34,521 nt of DNA, taken from assembly GCA_964519185.1 (NCBI GenBank), contig CAZFIQ010000003.1, forward strand, positions 1 to 34,521, read 5' to 3'. Below, in pieces: positions 26,270 to 34,521 of the stretch. The notes beneath the pieces were generated by a model. That model made no database searches and was not told where the DNA came from. It was given only the letters and a program-made list of their open reading frames with translations. The position numbers were made by a program, and so were the translations under genes. Source of the DNA: an uncultured Patulibacter sp. (GTDB taxonomy: Bacteria > Actinomycetota > Thermoleophilia > Solirubrobacterales > Solirubrobacteraceae). Numbering within the stretch: position 1 is the stretch's first letter; each line of letters opens with the position of its first letter.

Positions 26270-27268
26270 TCAGGCGTCGCCGGTCAGGCGCTCCGGCAGC
26301 CCGAACTCGGCGAACCACTCCGGCCCGCCGATGTAGTGGTGCAGCGCGCTGATCCGCTCGCCGGCGGTCTCGAGCACGACGATCGCCCACGGCGCGTAGC
26401 TACCGTCGCCGATCGGGTTGTAGATCGCCGCCGCCGGCCCGCCGTTGGCGGTCGTCGGCAGCACGCGCGAGCCCTCGCACTTGGCGCCGGTGCCGAGCAT
26501 GAAGTCGCCGGCCTCGTCGGCCCCGCGCAGCCAGAGCGGCAGCGGCGGCATCGAGAAGGTCGCATCGTCGCGCAGCAGCGTCACCAGGCGCGTGATGTCG
26601 TACGCCTCGAACGCGGCCACGTACTGGTCGAGCAGGGCGGCCTGCTCCTCGTCCGGCGCCCCGTCGGCCGCCGCGCCGTCGAGCTCCAGGTCGAGCGACT
26701 CGAGCGTCGCGCGGGCCCGCTGCAGCGCGCTGTTGACCGAGGCCACCGACGTGTCGAGCAGCTCGGCCGCCTCGCTCGCCTTCCAGCGCAGCACCTCGCA
26801 GAGCACGAGTACGGCCCGCTGCTTCGGCGGCAGGTGCTGGAGCGCCGCGACGAACGCCAGACGCAGCGACTCACGCGATCCCGCGACGTCGGCGGGATCC
26901 CCGCCACCGCCGATCACGCGGCCGCTGGCGATCGGGTGGACCCAGGCGGTCTCCGGCAGCGGCGCCCCGAGCTCGCCGGCCGCGTTGCCCGCCGGCCCGA
27001 GGTCCATCGGCAGCGCGCGTCGCTGCGGGCTCTGGATCTGGTCCATGCAGACGTTGCTGGCGATCCGGTACAGCCACGCCTTGAGCGCGGCGGGCTCGGC
27101 CAGCTGGTCGGACTTGCGCCAGGCCCGGACCATCGCCTCCTGAACGGCATCCTCGGCCTCCGACCCCGAGCCGAGCATGCGGTAGCAGTAGCCGGTCAGG
27201 CCCCGGCGGTGGGATTCGAGCTGCTGCTCGAAGGCGAGGTTCGACGGCGTCGTCGGCACGATGGTCAT
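26270..27268 (-). CDS. ECF sigma-70 factor, SigG/ECF56-like, with C-terminal SnoaL-like extension
   Basis: Region 2 (YCYRMLGS..EAEDAVQE...AWLYRIASN), region 4 (AFVAALQHLPPKQRAVLVL...SVNSALQRAR), then Y..AFE..D...LV.LL.DD...MPP...ANG.PA. Confidence 0.9.
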   Translation of the reverse strand: MTIVPTTPSNLAFEQQLESHRRGLTGYCYRMLGSGSEAEDAVQEAMVRAWRKSDQLAEPAALKAWLYRIASNVCMDQIQSPQRRALPMDLGPAGNAAGELGAPLPETAWVHPIASGRVIGGGGDPADVAGSRESLRLAFVAALQHLPPKQRAVLVLCEVLRWKASEAAELLDTSVASVNSALQRARATLESLDLELDGAAADGAPDEEQAALLDQYVAAFEAYDITRLVTLLRDDATFSMPPLPLWLRGADEAGDFMLGTGAKCEGSRVLPTTANGGPAAAIYNPIGDGSYAPWAIVVLETAGERISALHHYIGGPEWFAEFGLPERLTGDA

Positions 27269-27298
27269 CGTAGTGCGGCCTCGGCCGCGGGTCGAGCG

Positions 27299-27349
27299 GA
27301 ACGCGTTCGCGTCTTGCCCGCCCGGGGCGGGCAGACCACGAACGCGTTC
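27299..27349. terminator. Long hairpin between the VOC and sigma genes
   Basis: GAACGCGTTCG..TGCCCGCCC / GGGCGGGCA..CGAACGCGTTC. Confidence 0.5.
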
Positions 27350-27363
27350 TCCCGGAGCGCAGC

Positions 27364-27804
27364 TCAGGCCGCGTCCGGCATGTCGGCCGGCCCCTGCTCG
27401 ACCGCCTCGGCGCTCATCCACATGACCTCCCAGATATGCCCGTCGAGGTCCTGGAAGCTGCGGCCATACATGAAGCCGTAGTCCTGGGGATCGCCGGACG
27501 GCGTGCCGCCCGCCGCCAGGGCCGCGTCGGCCAGCTGGTCGACCTCGTCGCGGCTGGACGCGGACAGCGCCACGATCGCCTCGGTCGCCTGGTGCGCGTC
27601 GGCGATCGGCTTCTTGGTGAAGTCCGCGAACCGCTCGCGGGTCAGCAGCATCACGAAGGCCTGCTCGCTGACGACCATGCAGGCGGCGTTCTCGTCGGTG
27701 AACTTGTCGTCGAAGCCGAAGCCGAGCGCGGCGAAGAACCGCTTGGTCGCGGGCAGGTCGGCGACCGGGAGGTTGACGAAGATCATGCGGGACGGGCTGG
27801 ACAT
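27364..27804 (-). CDS. VOC/glyoxalase family protein
   Basis: [11 protein letters not shown]....FF.ALGF and [29 protein letters not shown]. Confidence 0.9.
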   Translation of the reverse strand: MSSPSRMIFVNLPVADLPATKRFFAALGFGFDDKFTDENAACMVVSEQAFVMLLTRERFADFTKKPIADAHQATEAIVALSASSRDEVDQLADAALAAGGTPSGDPQDYGFMYGRSFQDLDGHIWEVMWMSAEAVEQGPADMPDAA

Positions 27805-27846
27805 CGGGGGCTCCTCGGGAGTCGTACGGTGGTTGTCGCAGCCCAA

Positions 27847-27873
27847 GACCGGGCCCGCGACGGCAACTCATCG
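27847..27873 (-). promoter_or_regulatory. SigG/ECF56-type promoter upstream of the VOC gene
   Basis: On the minus strand: CGATGA (27873-27868), 18-nt spacer, GTC (27849-27847). Confidence 0.65.
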
Positions 27874-27972
27874 GTCGCGAGGCCCGCGCGGCCAACGCGG
27901 TCGCGGTTCGCCCGCCCCACGCGGGCGAAAGACGACCGCGTGGCCCGAGCAGGTCGCCGGTCGCCGCGCCGC

Positions 27973-29061
27973 TCAGCCGGTGATGCCGACCATCGCGGCG
28001 CAATCCCAGTTGCGGGCGCCCGAGCCACCGGCCCAGAGCTTGGCCGCCAGCCGGTCCTGCTCGGCGCGGGAGGCCTGGTAGGCGTGCGCCGTGCTGCCGC
28101 CCATCGCCTTCCAGGTCGACGGGATGAACTGATAGTAGCCGGAGGCGCCCGCGTGGTTGGGCGGGTGGTTGACGCCGCCCGACTCGCACTGGACGATCGC
28201 CCACGGAATCGCCCAGCCGCCGCTGCCGCGCGAGGCCGCCGACCCAGCTCCGGTGCCGCTCGCCGACGCGGGTGCGGTGAACTGGCGGGCCCGCCGATGC
28301 TCCGCCGCCAGCAGCCGATCGAGCTCGCGCTGGGCGCTGCGTCGTCCGGACTGCGTGTCGCGCAGGGCCTGGCGACGGGCGGCCGCGGCACGTGACGCCT
28401 CGGCCCGCCGCTGCTCCAGGCCGGCCGCCATCGCGGCGACCCCGTTGCGCTGACGCTCCGCCGCGTCGACCTGTCGTTGCCGGTCGCGACGCAGGTTCGT
28501 CAGCCGCCGCTCGTCGCTCGCCGCCTGGCTGCGGGCCTCCCGCACGTCCGACACCACGCGCGTCCCGTGGGCCTCGACCCGCCGCAGGAACTCGACCCGC
28601 TCCAGCAGATCGTCGAAGCCGCGGGCGTTGACCACCACGGCGATCAGGTCCGGCGGATCGGCGACGTAGCGGGCTCGCAGGACGTCGGCCAGGACCTCCC
28701 GCGAGCGCTCCAGCCGGGCGCGCAGCCGCACCAGGCGCGCGCGTGTGGTCCGCAGCTCGCCGGTCGTCGCGTCCAGTCGCCCCTGCACGCCGTCGAGCGC
28801 GGTCTGGGCCTCGCTCAGCCGCTGCTGGCCGGCCTCGGCCGCCAGCGTGGCGCGCGCCTCGATCGCCCCCAGTCGCGCGGCCGTGCCGCTCAGCCGGGAC
28901 TCCTCCTGGCGCTGACGCTCGATCCGCTCGCGCAGCTCGCCGGCGCTGGTCGCTCCCCGGCCGGGCACCGCGAGCACCAGCGCGGTGCCGGCGGAGGCCA
29001 GCAGCACGACGATCGCGAGCAGCAGCGCGAGGGGGCGCGGGGACGTCCGGACTCGGGTCAT
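27973..29061 (-). CDS. Secreted coiled-coil protein with C-terminal Rpf-like transglycosylase domain
   Basis: Signal/TM segment and CwlO/PcsB-like coiled coil. C-terminal IVQCESGG, SGYYQF..STW...GG, AS..EQ...A and NWDC. Confidence 0.85.
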   Translation of the reverse strand: MTRVRTSPRPLALLLAIVVLLASAGTALVLAVPGRGATSAGELRERIERQRQEESRLSGTAARLGAIEARATLAAEAGQQRLSEAQTALDGVQGRLDATTGELRTTRARLVRLRARLERSREVLADVLRARYVADPPDLIAVVVNARGFDDLLERVEFLRRVEAHGTRVVSDVREARSQAASDERRLTNLRRDRQRQVDAAERQRNGVAAMAAGLEQRRAEASRAAAARRQALRDTQSGRRSAQRELDRLLAAEHRRARQFTAPASASGTGAGSAASRGSGGWAIPWAIVQCESGGVNHPPNHAGASGYYQFIPSTWKAMGGSTAHAYQASRAEQDRLAAKLWAGGSGARNWDCAAMVGITG

Positions 29062-29195
29062 GGAAGACGGCGGATCGGGGCGGCGGACCGATCGAGCCGA
29101 CGCACGACGCTACGCCGCTGGCCGCCGGGCGGCCAGCGTTGCAGGCGATCGTGCGGGCGCGGGCGCGGGCCGAGCCGCTCGCCCGCGCCCGCCGC

Positions 29196-29504
29196 TCACG
29201 GGCTGTAGCTGGTCTTGACCGCGATCTCCAGGGTCTCGTTCTCCACGAGCCCGGTCAGCTTCGCCGCGATCGCGGTGAACTCCGGGTCGGCCGACACCTC
29301 GGCGAGCACCCGTCCGACGTCGTCGGCGCTCTCGAGCTCCCAGACGTCGAGGATGTGACCGAAGTCGCCGATGATCGGCTGGTAGGCGCCGACGAGCTTC
29401 CAGCCCCGCCGCTCGAGGAGCGGAACGAGCTCCCCGACGATCGCGGCCACCTCGGCGGCGAGGCCGTACTTGAACGTGATGTTGGCGAGCATGTACACAG
29501 GCAT
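29196..29504 (-). CDS. NIPSNAP-like / dimeric alpha-beta barrel protein
   Basis: About 102 aa, with VPLLERRGWKLVGAY...GD...ILDVWEL. GGGAG RBS. Confidence 0.6.
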   Translation of the reverse strand: MPVYMLANITFKYGLAAEVAAIVGELVPLLERRGWKLVGAYQPIIGDFGHILDVWELESADDVGRVLAEVSADPEFTAIAAKLTGLVENETLEIAVKTSYSP

Positions 29505-29590
29505 CGCAGGTATCTCCCTTGGTTGTCGAACTCTTCGTGGTCCCGCCGGGGGCGATTCCGCCCGCACCGGCGCCGCGTAGGCGGTACGCG

Positions 29591-29622
29591 GTGGAGGGAG
29601 GAGACGCAGCCCCTCCCTCCGC
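29591..29622 (-). terminator. Hairpin downstream of the substrate-binding protein gene
   Basis: GTGGAGGGAGG...CCTCCCTCCGC inverted repeat. Confidence 0.4.
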
Positions 29623-29630
29623 CTGCTTCC

Positions 29631-30851
29631 TCAGTTACCGGTGTCCCACAGCGCCCGGTACTTCTCGCGGTACCCGGGCACCGAGCCCGTCTCGGGGCTC
29701 GGCGTCCCGACGTTCGCCTGGACGATCGTCTGGACCGGCGAGAGGCGGGTCGGCGCCAGGTCGTCGCCGGCGAACACCCGCGCCGCCGCGTCGATGACCT
29801 GCCAGCCCGTCTGGTTGTTCGCCAGCGGCATCGCCGAGGTCTCGAGTCCGGCCTTGACCGCGTTGAGGTTCGTGACCGGACCCGCGTGGGTGTAGATCCG
29901 CACGTCCTTGATGCCGGACGCCTTGATCGCCTGACCCACCCCGGCGCAGAGGTCCCCGAACGTGCAGACGACCGTCTTGGTCCCCGGGTTCGCCTGCAGG
30001 TAGCCGGTCACCTTCGGTCCGAGCTTGCCGACGTCGGTGCCGGCCGCCGTCTGGTAATCGACCTTGCAGTCCCCGCAGAGCTGCGGCAGGTACTTCTGGA
30101 TCGCGTGCGCCAGCGGCGTCAGGACCGTGTACTGCTCGACGTTGAAGACGACGGCCTCACCGGCCAGCTTCGAGTCCAGCGCGATCTCCTCGGCCATCAT
30201 CAGCCCGTCGCGCAGGTACTGCGGATCGTCCTGCATCGTCCAGGTGACACCGTTCCCGGGCTCCATCGAGACGGCGTACTGGATCGTGGGGATGCCCAGC
30301 TCGCCGAGCTTCGTCAGCTGCTTGTCGATGTACTCGCGGGCGATGCCCGAGCCGATCACGATGTCGGGCTGCAGCTCGACCGCGCGGTTGTAGGCGTTCG
30401 CGAAGTCCTCCGGGCTGACGCCCAGGTCGACCCGCGTGATCTTCCAGCCCAGCTCCTTCGCGGCCTCCTCCATGCCCGCCGCGATCTCCGAGCAGACCGG
30501 CACGCCGCAGACGAGGACCGCGACGTCCTTCCCGGCGTCGATCGGCTTGCTCACCTCGTCGGTCACCAGCAGCTCCGTCGGAACCTCCCGGTAGCCGTCG
30601 ACACGGGTCTGCAGCTCCGCTTCGGTCGCGGGCCCGCTCAGCAGGGTGAACCCGGTCTGCTCCTGGAACCGCCCCTGCTCCGCCTCTGATTGGAAGACGG
30701 GCGACGTCGTGGCCGCCGCCTCGGTCGTCGCCGCCTGCGTCGTCGCGTCGCTGGTCTTGGTCGTGTCGTCCGACGACCCGCAGGCCGCCAGGGTCGCCGC
30801 GACCAGCGCACAGGCCGCCGTGGCGGCGGCCGTCCTTCCGATGCCCCTCAT
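29631..30851 (-). CDS. Sugar ABC transporter-type substrate-binding lipoprotein (RbsB-like type I periplasmic binding fold)
   Basis: Lipobox LAAC and Thr/Ala linker. Motifs GMEEAAKELGW, YLQANP and GWQVIDAAARVFAG. Confidence 0.8.
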   Translation of the reverse strand: MRGIGRTAAATAACALVAATLAACGSSDDTTKTSDATTQAATTEAAATTSPVFQSEAEQGRFQEQTGFTLLSGPATEAELQTRVDGYREVPTELLVTDEVSKPIDAGKDVAVLVCGVPVCSEIAAGMEEAAKELGWKITRVDLGVSPEDFANAYNRAVELQPDIVIGSGIAREYIDKQLTKLGELGIPTIQYAVSMEPGNGVTWTMQDDPQYLRDGLMMAEEIALDSKLAGEAVVFNVEQYTVLTPLAHAIQKYLPQLCGDCKVDYQTAAGTDVGKLGPKVTGYLQANPGTKTVVCTFGDLCAGVGQAIKASGIKDVRIYTHAGPVTNLNAVKAGLETSAMPLANNQTGWQVIDAAARVFAGDDLAPTRLSPVQTIVQANVGTPSPETGSVPGYREKYRALWDTGN

Positions 30852-30872
30852 TGCTGGTCCTCTCTCCCGGAT

Positions 30873-30984
30873 GTTAATGATCACAATTATGAGTAATAAC
30901 GCCGAGATCTGAGGGTGTCAAGCCCCAGATCGGAGCGCCCGAGGCCGCAGAACCGGGGATAATTTCTGATTAGAGATGTAATCA
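30873..30984. promoter_or_regulatory. AT-rich divergent promoter region with two operator-like palindromes
   Basis: A 28-bp imperfect palindrome at 30873-30900 (core TCAcAATTaTGA) and TGATTA-N6-TAATCA at 30967-30984. Confidence 0.55.
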
Positions 30985-31052
30985 ATATGGTAGCTTCGGC
31001 TCCCGAGCGTTCCGCACGGAGAACGCCGCACCCGGAAGAGAGAGCCGTAGAC

Positions 31053-31895
31053 ATGGGAAACCCTTCATCCCCGGCCGAGCGCCCAATCCACGACGTGACG
31101 GAGGTGCCGATCGCAGACCTCGTCTCGCTGGCGGGCCGGACCGCGGTCATCACCGGCGCGGCCCAGGGGCTGGGCTTCGCGATCGCGCGACGCTTCGTCG
31201 AGGCGGGCGCGCGCGTCGTGCTCACCGACGTGAACGCCGCTGGCGTGGCGGCCGCCGCGGAGCAGCTCACCGGCGGACCGACGACGGCCGAGGGCTTTGC
31301 GCTCGACGTGACCGACCAGGGCGCCGTCCACGCGTTGGCCGACGGCGTCGCCGCCGACCACGGCACGCTCGACGTCTGGGTCAACGTCGCCGGCGCGTAC
31401 CCGGTCGTCCCGTTCGTCGAGATGAGCGAGGACGACTGGAAGTCGCTGATCGACCTGAACCTCCACGGCACGTTCGCCGGGGCCCAGGCGGCCGCCCGCC
31501 ACATGGTGCCCCAGGGCAGCGGCGTGATCGTCAACATGGCCTCGGTCGTGGCGCACGCCGCGTTCAGCCCCGGACTGGCGCACTACTCGGCCAGCAAGAA
31601 CGCGGTGATCGGCCTCACCCGCTCGCTGGCCGTCGAGCTCGGGCCGTTCGGCGTTCGCGCGCTCGCACTGTCGCCCACGCTGATCACGACGGACGGCATC
31701 CAGGCCAGCCGCGACGACTTCGAGTCCGTCGACGGCGTCGCCGAGGCGCAGGACGCGCTCGTCACGCGCCACCCGCTGCGACGACTCGGCGTCCCGGACG
31801 ACGTCGCCCGCGTGGCGCTGTTCGCGGCCAGCGACCTGTCGCTGCTGATGACCGGCAGCGACCTCCTGGTCGACGCCGGACTCCTGGCCGTGTAG
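31053..31895 (+). CDS. Classical SDR family NAD(P)-dependent oxidoreductase
   Basis: TGAAQGLG, VNVAG, MAS, YSASK and TGS.LLVDAG. Confidence 0.93.
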   Translation: MGNPSSPAERPIHDVTEVPIADLVSLAGRTAVITGAAQGLGFAIARRFVEAGARVVLTDVNAAGVAAAAEQLTGGPTTAEGFALDVTDQGAVHALADGVAADHGTLDVWVNVAGAYPVVPFVEMSEDDWKSLIDLNLHGTFAGAQAAARHMVPQGSGVIVNMASVVAHAAFSPGLAHYSASKNAVIGLTRSLAVELGPFGVRALALSPTLITTDGIQASRDDFESVDGVAEAQDALVTRHPLRRLGVPDDVARVALFAASDLSLLMTGSDLLVDAGLLAV

Positions 31896-31902
31896 CCGCA
31901 CC

Positions 31903-31932
31903 GGTGGTGGGCCCGCGCGCGGACCCACCACC
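31903..31932 (+). terminator. Hairpin terminator
   Basis: GGTGGTGGGCCCG / CGGACCCACCACC. Confidence 0.55.
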
Positions 31933-31971
31933 AAGGCCGTCGTCGCAACCCCGTCTGCGATCGTTCCGCCG

Positions 31972-33039
31972 ATGAGACGCATACCGACCGTCGGCACGCT
32001 CGTAGCGGCCACGCTGCTCGTCGCCCCCGGCGCCCAGGCCGCGACCACCGTTGGCGAGGTTGCCGCCAACCCCGACAGCGCGACCAGCTGCGGCGCGAGC
32101 AGCCTGGGACGCCAGGCGCTCCAGCTGCCCGACGTCGGGCACGGCGGTACGATCACGACGGCCGGCGTCGTCACCGAATGGCGCTCCGCCGGTCGCAGCG
32201 CGGCACCGACGCCCGGCGTGGCGCTCCTGGTCCTGCGCTGGAGCGGCGAGGGCAACTTCTACTCGCTCGTCGACGGATCTCCCCAGGAGACGCTTCCCGA
32301 GGGGTCGGTCGGCGCGTTCGCGACGCGGATCACGGTGGCCGAAGGCGACACGATCGGCCTGGACGCCCGGGGCGTCGGCGTTCCCTGCTACGGATCGGCC
32401 GCCAGCGGCCGGGTCGGAATCGGCCCGTACAGCCAGGAGTTCCTACCCAAGCCGCCGTTCAACGTCCAGTACGCCTTCGGCGGGGTGACGGTGTCGCCCG
32501 CACGGGTCAACTTGTCCGTCCGGATCGAGCCCGACGCCGACGGAGACGGCTACGGCGACGAGACGCAGGATCTGTGCCCGAGCGATCCGACGACCGCCGG
32601 CGCCTGCCCGGGGGCACCGGTCGGAGGCGATCCACCCGGCGGGGCGCCGCCACAACCGTCGACGCCGGTCGTCCCGATCACCGCGCCGGCGCCGGGAGCC
32701 CCGGCGCCCGGCGGGTCCGCGCCGAGCACCACCACACCGAGCACGGCGCGGATCTCCGCGCCGGCCCTGAAGGGTCGCAAGGGCGGGAGCGCCAGTGGCC
32801 GTTTCACGGCCCCTACGGCGGGCCGCCTGACCTGGACCGGACGCGTCGGCAAGGCCACGGTGGCCCGGGGCTCCTTGACCGTCAAGAAGGGCCCGCGCAC
32901 CATCACCGTGCGACTGAGCGCCGCGGGCAAGCGGGCCCTGACCGCAAAGCGCCGACTGAGCGTCAAGCTGACGTTCACGTTCACGCCGCAGGGCGGAAAG
33001 CCCGTCCGCGCGAGCCGCACGGTGCGGTTCGTCGCCTGA
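31972..33039 (+). CDS. Secreted hypothetical protein with a TSP3-like Ca-binding motif, Pro-rich linker and basic C-terminal domain
   Basis: Signal peptide ending AQA. Motif EPDADGDGYGDETQDLCP. Lys/Arg-rich beta-strand C-terminus. Confidence 0.7.
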   Translation: MRRIPTVGTLVAATLLVAPGAQAATTVGEVAANPDSATSCGASSLGRQALQLPDVGHGGTITTAGVVTEWRSAGRSAAPTPGVALLVLRWSGEGNFYSLVDGSPQETLPEGSVGAFATRITVAEGDTIGLDARGVGVPCYGSAASGRVGIGPYSQEFLPKPPFNVQYAFGGVTVSPARVNLSVRIEPDADGDGYGDETQDLCPSDPTTAGACPGAPVGGDPPGGAPPQPSTPVVPITAPAPGAPAPGGSAPSTTTPSTARISAPALKGRKGGSASGRFTAPTAGRLTWTGRVGKATVARGSLTVKKGPRTITVRLSAAGKRALTAKRRLSVKLTFTFTPQGGKPVRASRTVRFVA

Positions 33040-33066
33040 CCGTCGGCCAGCGAGTCCTCGGGAACG

Positions 33067-33095
33067 CCGAAGGCCCCGCTGAGCGGGGCCTTCGG
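33067..33095. terminator. Bidirectional hairpin between the secreted-protein gene and tRNA-Asp
   Basis: Perfect 14-bp inverted repeat CCGAAGGCCCCGCT-g-AGCGGGGCCTTCGG. Confidence 0.7.
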
Positions 33096-33107
33096 ATCCC
33101 TTGGAGG

Positions 33108-33181
<74 letters not shown>

Positions 33182-33432
33182 TCGGGGTTGAGAAGTATGC
33201 ACGAATCGTCGACGGCGCGCCGGCTGCCCCGTGATCGCCCACGGCGACGACGTGCGGCCCGTCGCCTTCGCGTCACCTTCGGTACCTCGGCGGTACACAA
33301 GTCGACGCGCCGCGGCCGCCGCTCCCGCGCGCCCGCGCGCGTCGTCGGATGGGCCGCCGTGGTCCGCGACGAGCCCGCCCGCCCGTGACATCACGCCACG
33401 CTCACCGCCCGGCCCGGTAGCTTTCGGGGACC

Positions 33433-34521
33433 GTGGTTTCCAGCGACGACAACGAGCCGCAGGTCGACCCGCACGCGCCCGAGGGCGCCGCGGAGCAAGG
33501 AGCGGCCTCCCCGCCGGTGGAGACACCCGTCACGTCGGCGTCTCCCGAGGACGCTGCCCCCATGACCCCCGCGTCGACGTCGGCCCCCGAGGCCGCGGAC
33601 GCCGCCGGCACCCCGACGCCCCAGGCTCCCGCCGCGGCGGAGACGGTCGCACCCGATCCCGTCGCCCCCGAGGGCGCCCCGACGGGCACCGCCGAGACCA
33701 CGACCACCGCCGACGCTCCGGCCCCTGCCGCCGCGAGCGAGCCTGCGGCCGAGGCCCCGGCCTCCGAGGCCGCCGCGAGCGCCGACTCCGTAGCCGTCGA
33801 GGCCCCGCCCGTGGCCGACGCCACGCCGAGCACGGAGGCCGCCGCGCCGTCCGACGAGCAGCGCATCGGCGAGGCACCGGCCTCCGAGGCCGCCGCTGCA
33901 TCGCCGAACGCCGAAGCCCCCGCGGCCCCGGGTGAGCCGGCGAGCACCCCCGATCAACCCGCCGGCGAGCCGGTGCCGTCCGGCGAGCAGGCGTCCGGCG
34001 AGCAGGCCCCCGCCGCGGAGGGCGACGGCGAGGGCGCGCCGAAGAAGCGTCGCCGCTCGCGCGGTCGCCGCCAGGGCCGCGGAGGGCAGCGCGGCGGTCG
34101 GCGCCGCTTCCAGTGGGACGAGGTCTTCCTCCGCCAGCGCCTGGAGATCCTGCGGGCGATGGAGCCCGACCGGTCGGCGATCGAGTGGGCCGTCACGGCG
34201 GCCGGGCGCTTCGACGTCGCCGACATCCTGGCGGGCGAGGGATCGTCCGGTCGCGAGTTCGGCCGGCGCGCCTACGGCGCCACTCCGGAGACCGACGACC
34301 AGGCGGCCTGGATCATCCTCTCGGCCGTCCGCGCCCGCGACATCGTCCCGGTGGCCCGGCTGGCGGTCAGCACGACCGAGGATCAGCGCGAGCAGGTCAA
34401 GGCCGCGATCGAGCTGGTCGGGATCGCCCGCGTCAACCCCGCGCTGCAGGGCGACCGCCCGCCGCAGCAGGTCTTCGCCGAGCGGGCCCGCCGCGTCGAC
34501 GTGGCCAGCGAGGGCGGCGAG
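33433..34521 (+). CDS. Hypothetical protein, 3'-partial, with a long acidic low-complexity N-terminus and an Arg-rich motif
   Basis: Open frame from the GTG at 33433 to the window end (absent from the ORF track because it has no stop). Reads MVSSDDNEPQ...(A/P/E-rich)...APKKRRRSRGRRQGRGGQRGGRRRFQWDEVFLRQRL... Confidence 0.7.
   Translation, partial: MVSSDDNEPQVDPHAPEGAAEQGAASPPVETPVTSASPEDAAPMTPASTSAPEAADAAGTPTPQAPAAAETVAPDPVAPEGAPTGTAETTTTADAPAPAAASEPAAEAPASEAAASADSVAVEAPPVADATPSTEAAAPSDEQRIGEAPASEAAAASPNAEAPAAPGEPASTPDQPAGEPVPSGEQASGEQAPAAEGDGEGAPKKRRRSRGRRQGRGGQRGGRRRFQWDEVFLRQRLEILRAMEPDRSAIEWAVTAAGRFDVADILAGEGSSGREFGRRAYGATPETDDQAAWIILSAVRARDIVPVARLAVSTTEDQREQVKAAIELVGIARVNPALQGDRPPQQVFAERARRVDVASEGGE

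Overview
Very high-GC actinobacterial DNA. The Mce run, the secreted-protein types and the Rpf architecture suggest Solirubrobacterales (Patulibacter/Conexibacter-like); this is inference. (1) 1-8547 (+): the 3' part of a biosynthetic operon of 8 genes, all joined by 4-bp ATGA/GTGA overlaps: ADC synthase, GNAT, HDAC-family deacylase, PapB-like ADC mutase, a BacA-like prephenate decarboxylase fused to a cupin, a P450 with an aberrant I-helix, an MbtG-like N-hydroxylase and a membrane-anchored PQQ-type beta-propeller. This is the most novel-looking element and may make a non-aromatic 4-aminocyclohexadienyl-type metabolite. (2) 8.6-10.2 kb: a WapI-like ORF and three tandem controller-protein-like XRE genes. 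(3) 10.3-21.6 kb (-): six coupled Mce/MlaD genes ending in a multidomain peptidoglycan hydrolase, with no permease or ATPase. (4) A secreted protein, convergent VapBC and Phd-RelE modules, a cupin, an aldo/keto reductase and a DUF202 protein. (5) A SigG/ECF56-type sigma factor flanked by two CGATGA-N18-GTC promoters (VOC and STAS genes). (6) A coiled-coil Rpf-like enzyme, NIPSNAP, an orphan sugar-binding lipoprotein, an SDR, a secreted protein, tRNA-Asp and a partial ORF with a long acidic disordered region. All homology calls are by-eye motif recognition; no searches were run.
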